From: Nibricoccus sp.
GTDB taxonomy: Bacteria > Verrucomicrobiota > Verrucomicrobiia > Opitutales > Opitutaceae
Direction: 5' to 3'
Length of the DNA: 64,000 nt
Assembly (NCBI GenBank): GCA_047602425.1
Contig: JASGHG010000001.1
Coordinates: 2,752,001-2,816,000 of the forward strand
In this document: positions 58,895 through 64,000 of the stretch, one piece after another
Layout: each line of letters starts with the position of its first letter
Position numbering within the stretch: position 1 is the first letter of the stretch
Position numbers and translations under genes: made by a program
The notes under the pieces: model-generated
What the model was told of the DNA's origin: nothing
What the model saw: the letters and a program-made list of their open reading frames with translations, nothing else
The model's database searches: none

Positions 58895-59718
58895 CGCGTC
58901 AGCTCCTTTCGCGCAGTTTCAACTTCTTCCTCGGAGGGAGGCCGGTTGGCCCAAAGATCCTCGCTGGCAAAACCGATGCCGTATCCCTTGTTCGTGGAGG
59001 CAATGAGGGCAAGCGGGCGTTCCTCATCGCGCTGTTCTTTGAGGATTTTACCGATGGCGGTTGTATCGTGTCCGTCCACTTCACGTGTTTCCCAGCCGAA
59101 AGATTTCCATTGAGCGACGGAAGGGTTCTTGCCGGATGGACGGGCGAACTTGTTGGTTTCGACGATGGCGGTCAGATTGCTCAGACCGAGCTGAGCGGCG
59201 ATTCGCGCCGACTCTTGGACGGAATTGGCGCAAAAATCATCACCGATCATGATATAGATTTTGTAATTTTGCTCCAAGGTATGTGCGGCCAGCGCCATGC
59301 CTACGGTTACACCAAGGCCTTGTCCCGGGAGATTCAGTGACCACTCCAGTCCTGGGACACTGTGTGGCGCGGGTTGCAGGGCCAATCGGCAGCCTTCTTT
59401 ATTGAATTGTTTTAATTCTTCACTTGGGAAAAAGCCGCGGCGTGCGAGTACCGCATACAATATGGAAATGGAGTCGCTTTTATTGAAGAGGAAGCGGTCG
59501 CGGTTGGGGTCGTCTGGACGGGTTGGATCGATGCGCAGGATGGTCCAGTAAAGGGCGATCAGCAGCTCGACGCAGGAAAGCGAAGTGCTAGGCAGCACGG
59601 TCTTTGATTGGTGGCTGAGCGCGATCACCTCAAGGCGCAGCTCGCGGGCAACCTGTTCCATGCTTTCGAAAGCCGGTTTGGTGGCAAAAGGGGGGCGCGT
59701 GCGTGCCATGGCGGGCAA
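58891..59718 (-). CDS. Transketolase N-terminal subunit-like, catalytic residues substituted
   Basis: SLSCVEL, RDRF, FGW....VDGHD, T.KGYG retained; GH, SKGH, GHP and GDGE motifs altered. Confidence 0.8.
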   Translation of the reverse strand: MPAMARTRPPFATKPAFESMEQVARELRLEVIALSHQSKTVLPSTSLSCVELLIALYWTILRIDPTRPDDPNRDRFLFNKSDSISILYAVLARRGFFPSEELKQFNKEGCRLALQPAPHSVPGLEWSLNLPGQGLGVTVGMALAAHTLEQNYKIYIMIGDDFCANSVQESARIAAQLGLSNLTAIVETNKFARPSGKNPSVAQWKSFGWETREVDGHDTTAIGKILKEQRDEERPLALIASTNKGYGIGFASEDLWANRPPSEEEVETARKELTR

Positions 59719-59851
59719 AAGGTTACTAACGGCACAGGCAAATGCAGGCTAAAATTTACATATTGGAAAATTCCGCCGGTACCAGGCAGTCGAACGGACC
59801 GCCAGCGTCGAAGGTTGAGTTTTTGATACTAAACTACAGGCTTAGCTAAGC

Positions 59852-59878
59852 TTAAGGTAATTCCAAAAGTGCCGATGG
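59852..59878 (+). promoter_or_regulatory. Candidate sigma28 promoter of the HDOD gene
   Basis: TTAA-N15-GCCGATGG. Confidence 0.6.
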
Positions 59879-59888
59879 CTGGATTTGC

Positions 59889-60743
59889 ATGACCGCGGTC
59901 AAACCATCCCCGCAAAAACTTCAACAGATCGCCCAGCAGTTGCCGGCTTCGCCCCAAGTGCTCGCTTTGCTCAACGAACTGTTGATGGATGTGAATTCCG
60001 GTCTCGACGAAATCTCAGATTTGCTCCGGCGCGACACGGCACTCGCGGCGCGCATTATACGCATCAGCAACAGCGTGGCCTACGGTTCGTCGGGCGGCAT
60101 CGCGTCGATCGAGGAGGCCGTCAACCGCGTGGGTTTTTCCGAAGTCTACCGGCTCACCGGTCTCGCCGCCGCCGTCCAAATCATCGACCGCAACCTTTCC
60201 TTTTACGGCATCTCGGCGGATCAACTTCGTAACAATACGCTGGTTGTCGCGTTTGCCATGGATTCGTTGGCAAAATCAACCGGCATCGATGCGCGGGTGG
60301 GCTACACCGCCGGCCTCATGCGGTTGGTGGGCAGGCTCGTGTTGGATCACTATGCGAAATCGATCACGCCTGCGCCGGCAAATTTCCCGCGCTCCGGCAC
60401 ACCCGCTCTGCTCGACTGGGAGGCATCTGTTTTCGGCTGCACCAATGCCGAGGTGGGCGCCATCGTGATGTCGCAGTGGCGTTTCCCCGCTGGGATTACA
60501 GAACCAATCAAACAGCACTATTATACCCAGAAGCCCATCGGGACGGAAAGCCGCACGGCTTGTTTGCTCAACGTCGCTTGCGGCGTGGCCACCGAACTCG
60601 GCTTCGGCTTGCCGGGAGAGCAGGGCTATTGGACCGAGACTCCGGAGAAGCTGCAACTGGCAGGTTTGATGGATCATCAGGTGCGTCAAAGCGCGATCGA
60701 TGCGAGCGTGGGTTTTGAAGCGATCAAAAATTCACTCTACTGA
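59889..60743 (+). CDS. HDOD domain protein
   Basis: LP..P, D.ALAARII..SNS, SIEEAV.RVG, G.......W.FP. Confidence 0.88.
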   Translation: MTAVKPSPQKLQQIAQQLPASPQVLALLNELLMDVNSGLDEISDLLRRDTALAARIIRISNSVAYGSSGGIASIEEAVNRVGFSEVYRLTGLAAAVQIIDRNLSFYGISADQLRNNTLVVAFAMDSLAKSTGIDARVGYTAGLMRLVGRLVLDHYAKSITPAPANFPRSGTPALLDWEASVFGCTNAEVGAIVMSQWRFPAGITEPIKQHYYTQKPIGTESRTACLLNVACGVATELGFGLPGEQGYWTETPEKLQLAGLMDHQVRQSAIDASVGFEAIKNSLY

Positions 60744-60847
60744 GGCGTTCACCCGATCGTTCGTGGGCAAAGGTTGAGCAGTTTTTGCCCGGGAATGCGC
60801 AATGGAGGGCCTTGCCCGCCGGATGGGACGTTTGCTAATCTACGGGC

Positions 60848-63109
60848 ATGCTCCCTCGCTCTGCGCCCCTTTGGATTAAAGGCCGGTTTGCCGGTTGGCG
60901 GAGCTATTTTTACGGGATGTTGGCCTTGGCTCTTGTTGCGGGTTCGTCTTTCTTGGGCGCCGCCGAGGACAAGCCGGCCGCGGCGGCTCCGGCGGCCAAT
61001 TCCAGCGCCAGCTGCCTCGAGTGCCATAGCGATCACACGCTGACCATGCGCAAGCAGAAGCGCGAGGTCTCGATTTTTGTCGATCAGGCTAAGTTGGGCA
61101 AATCCGTCCACGGGACGCTCGATTGCATCGATTGTCACGAGGGTTTTGATGGCGAAGCGGTGCCGCACAAGAAGCCGATGACGGTGGTCAGTTGCGCCTC
61201 CTGTCATGAGGAAAAGGACATTGCGAAAAAGCATGCCTTCCACGCCGACTTCGCCGGCAAGACTTCACCGAAGGCCGCAAATCTGACCTGCGTCACGTGT
61301 CACGGCACGCACGAAACAGTCAAGTTGCGTTCGCCGCTGGCGCCTTTTGCGCCCAAGCAGCAGGTTGAAAGCTGTGGCAAATGCCATGACTCCGCGCTCA
61401 AGCAGTTCACCGCGTCCGCCCACGGCAAGGCTTTGGCGAGCGCCGTGCCCGACGCTCCGCTTTGCCTCACCTGTCACAACAAACCCGTGACCAACGGCCA
61501 TGAGCCGGCCACGGTGCAGTTGAAGATCGCGCAGGCGCAGCTTTGCGAATCCTGTCACGTGCAAAAAACCGCGGTCGCCGACCAGACGCTGCGGGGCACG
61601 GGTTTTGTCTCCAGTTTCGATAAGAGCGTGCACGGTGCCGCGCTCCAAAAGGGCAAGGCGGAAGCGGCCAACTGTGTCGATTGCCACGGCGCGCATGAAA
61701 TGAATCGCGCGATCGCCATTGGTTCCAAAATCAATAAACAGAACCAACCCGAAACCTGCGCCAAGTGCCACGAGAAAACGGCCGCGCAATATGCCGACAG
61801 CGTTCATGCTGTCGCGCTGAAGAAGGGTAATCTCGATTCGCCGGTTTGCACCGATTGCCATGGCGAACACGAGATCAAGGCCCACACCGATCCCGGTGCG
61901 CCCATTCACGAACGCAACGTCGCCCAACAGGTTTGCGCCAGCTGTCACGCTTCATTGAAGCTCACGCAGAAATACGGCCTTTCCTCGAAATCGTTCCAGA
62001 CCTTTGCCGACAGTTATCACGGACTCGCGGCGCGCGGTGGTGCGGTCGAAGTCGTTAACTGCGCGAGTTGCCACGACACGCACGCCATCAAGTCGCACCT
62101 CGATCCTACTTCGACCGTGCACAAGTCCAACCTCGTGCAGACTTGCGGCCAGTGTCATCCCGGCGCGAATACACGCTTCACCGTGGGCTCCGTTCACGTG
62201 AGCACCGATGCGGCGAGTTCGTCCGGTTCGACCGATAAGAACAGCGCCATCATCCAACTCGTGGCCAATATCTACGTGTGGATGATCGTAGTGGTGGTGG
62301 GCGGAATGTTCATCCACAACGCGCTCGATCTCTTCAAAAAAATCCGTCGCAAGCTCGCCATTCAGAAAGGCCTGATTGAAGAGGAACACGTCGAGCATCG
62401 CCTCTACCTGCGCATGACCGTGCACGAACGCCTGCAGCACGCGGTGCTTGTCATCAGCTTTGTTTTGTTGGTGGTGACTGGTTTCATGTTGCGCTATCCC
62501 GAGGCCTGGTGGGTCGTCGCGATTCGCAATCTCAGCGCGGGCGCCTTCGAATGGCGCAGTCTCATCCATCGCATCGCGGGCGTTGTCATGCTGGCCGCGG
62601 GCGTCTGGCACGTGAGTTATCTGTTGTTCACCAAGCCCGGTCGCTCGCTGCTCTGGGATTTGTTGCCGCGCTGGCGCGATTTCTCGGACCCGATCAAGGT
62701 CATGAAATACAATCTGGGCCTCGCTTCGTCCAAACCCGATTTCCCGCGCTTCAGTTACATTGAAAAGGCGGAGTATTGGGCGCTCGTCTGGGGCACGCTG
62801 TTGATGGGCGTGACTGGTGCTATCTTGTGGTTCGACAACACCTCGATGGGACTTTTCACCAAGCTCGGCTTCGATATTTCGCGCGTCATCCACTTCTACG
62901 AGGCGATTCTCGCCACGCTGGCGATCATCGTCTGGCATTTCTATTTCGTGCTCTTTAACCCGGACATTTACCCAATGAATCTCGCCTGGCTGACCGGCCG
63001 CATGTCGGAGCGCGAGATGCTTGAAGAACACCCGTTGGAGCTGAAGCGTCTGAAAGAAGAAGAAGCGAAGAAAGCCGCGCAGGAAAAAACTCCGCCGCCG
63101 GAAATGTAA
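60848..63109 (+). CDS. Multiheme cytochrome c (13 CxxCH) fused to a cytochrome b domain (CbcL-like)
   Basis: 13 CxxCH counted; RLQH, IHR, EK.EYW, IHFYEA, WHFY in the TM domain; start may be ATG 60917. Confidence 0.9.
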   Translation: MLPRSAPLWIKGRFAGWRSYFYGMLALALVAGSSFLGAAEDKPAAAAPAANSSASCLECHSDHTLTMRKQKREVSIFVDQAKLGKSVHGTLDCIDCHEGFDGEAVPHKKPMTVVSCASCHEEKDIAKKHAFHADFAGKTSPKAANLTCVTCHGTHETVKLRSPLAPFAPKQQVESCGKCHDSALKQFTASAHGKALASAVPDAPLCLTCHNKPVTNGHEPATVQLKIAQAQLCESCHVQKTAVADQTLRGTGFVSSFDKSVHGAALQKGKAEAANCVDCHGAHEMNRAIAIGSKINKQNQPETCAKCHEKTAAQYADSVHAVALKKGNLDSPVCTDCHGEHEIKAHTDPGAPIHERNVAQQVCASCHASLKLTQKYGLSSKSFQTFADSYHGLAARGGAVEVVNCASCHDTHAIKSHLDPTSTVHKSNLVQTCGQCHPGANTRFTVGSVHVSTDAASSSGSTDKNSAIIQLVANIYVWMIVVVVGGMFIHNALDLFKKIRRKLAIQKGLIEEEHVEHRLYLRMTVHERLQHAVLVISFVLLVVTGFMLRYPEAWWVVAIRNLSAGAFEWRSLIHRIAGVVMLAAGVWHVSYLLFTKPGRSLLWDLLPRWRDFSDPIKVMKYNLGLASSKPDFPRFSYIEKAEYWALVWGTLLMGVTGAILWFDNTSMGLFTKLGFDISRVIHFYEAILATLAIIVWHFYFVLFNPDIYPMNLAWLTGRMSEREMLEEHPLELKRLKEEEAKKAAQEKTPPPEM

Positions 63110-63314
63110 GCTCGTGGTGTAAACCCCACCGCATTCACAAACGTTCGAGATGGAACGCTTTGACCTCAACGCGTTGGTTTGGCCCAAGGTAAAGAGCATT
63201 GGTTAGTACGCGGTACGTTTCATTTCCAGCGAGACGGCGCGTTCCGACCACGATCCTCCCGCCAATCTTAAGGTTGCTAGGAACTTAAGACTGCTTAACG
63301 TGACTGCTCCCGCC

Positions 63315-64000
63315 ATGTCAGGACTTTCCTCCGAACTGCTCATCCTCTTCCTGCTTTTATTGGCCAATGGCCTTTTTGCCATGGCGGAAATCGCAGTGGT
63401 TTCGGCCCGCAAAGCTTGGCTTAAAGGGCTGGCCGACAAGGGGAATGAACGCGCCAAAGCGACTCTGGCCATCGCCCGCGATCCGAGTCGTTTCCTCTCA
63501 GCCGTTCAAGTCGGCATTACCTTGGTGGGCGTACTGGCGGGAGTTTTGGGCGGAGCGACGCTCACCCGCATGATCGAGGAGCTGCTGTTGTTTCACGACC
63601 TGTTTGCCGAATATGCGCATAATATCGCGCTCGGCATCGTCGTGACGGGAATCACGCTCGCTTCGGTCGTGATCGGCGAACTCATTCCCAAGCGTCTCGG
63701 CCTCATTAATCCTGAGCGCATCGCTTTATATATCGCGCCCACGATTAATAACCTCGCGCGGCTTGTCTCGCCTGCCGTGAGTCTGCTCACGTTTTTGACC
63801 GATGGCATCCTGCGGGTTTTCGGGGTCAAAGCGCAGCCGTTGGAAAAACCTGTTTCCGAAGAAGAGGTGAACATCCTCATCGAGCAGGGTATGCACGCGG
63901 GCGTCTTCAACAAAACCGAAAAGGAAATGGTGGCCGGCGTGCTTGAGCTGGATCAGTTGCCCGTCACCGCGATCATGACGCCGAGGCCGAAAATCGTTTT
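63315..64000 (+). CDS. HlyC/CorC (CNNM/DUF21-CBS) family protein, runs off the window
   Basis: LLLANGLFAMAEIAVVSARK, FLSAVQVGIT, GELIPK, IMTPR. Confidence 0.9.
   Translation, partial: MSGLSSELLILFLLLLANGLFAMAEIAVVSARKAWLKGLADKGNERAKATLAIARDPSRFLSAVQVGITLVGVLAGVLGGATLTRMIEELLLFHDLFAEYAHNIALGIVVTGITLASVVIGELIPKRLGLINPERIALYIAPTINNLARLVSPAVSLLTFLTDGILRVFGVKAQPLEKPVSEEEVNILIEQGMHAGVFNKTEKEMVAGVLELDQLPVTAIMTPRPKIV

Overview
A GC-rich bacterial chromosomal window. Protein style suggests Verrucomicrobia/Opitutaceae, which is inference only. I found no tRNA, rRNA, CRISPR array or transposase. The left half is mostly housekeeping genes (cinA end, HI0933 flavoprotein, AEC transporter, tonB, tex, cstA, sulfatase, holA, purB, SET protein, PPi-type PFK). 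It also carries a Ser-linker/GlyGly-CTERM beta-propeller surface protein and a tight operon (yceI, MacB-type ABC transporter, divergent cbb3 subunit-I-like protein lacking a CuB ligand, membrane-CcoO-cytochrome c fusion). The right half is a flagellar filament locus: fliS, flgM-like, fliD and four tandem minimal 254-aa flagellins at ~1064-bp period. The flagellins have candidate sigma28/sigma54 promoters and conserved CsrA-type leaders. They are followed by a probable flagellin glycosylation island (SPINDLY/GT41, HddA/HddC-like, ColD-like dehydratase, minimal TPP enzyme pair, B12 radical SAM, very large glycosyltransferases). After that come a frameshift-rich junction, a transketolase pair lacking catalytic residues, an HDOD gene, a 13-heme CbcL-like cytochrome and a truncated CNNM/hemolysin gene. 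All assignments come from motif recognition by eye; no searches were run.
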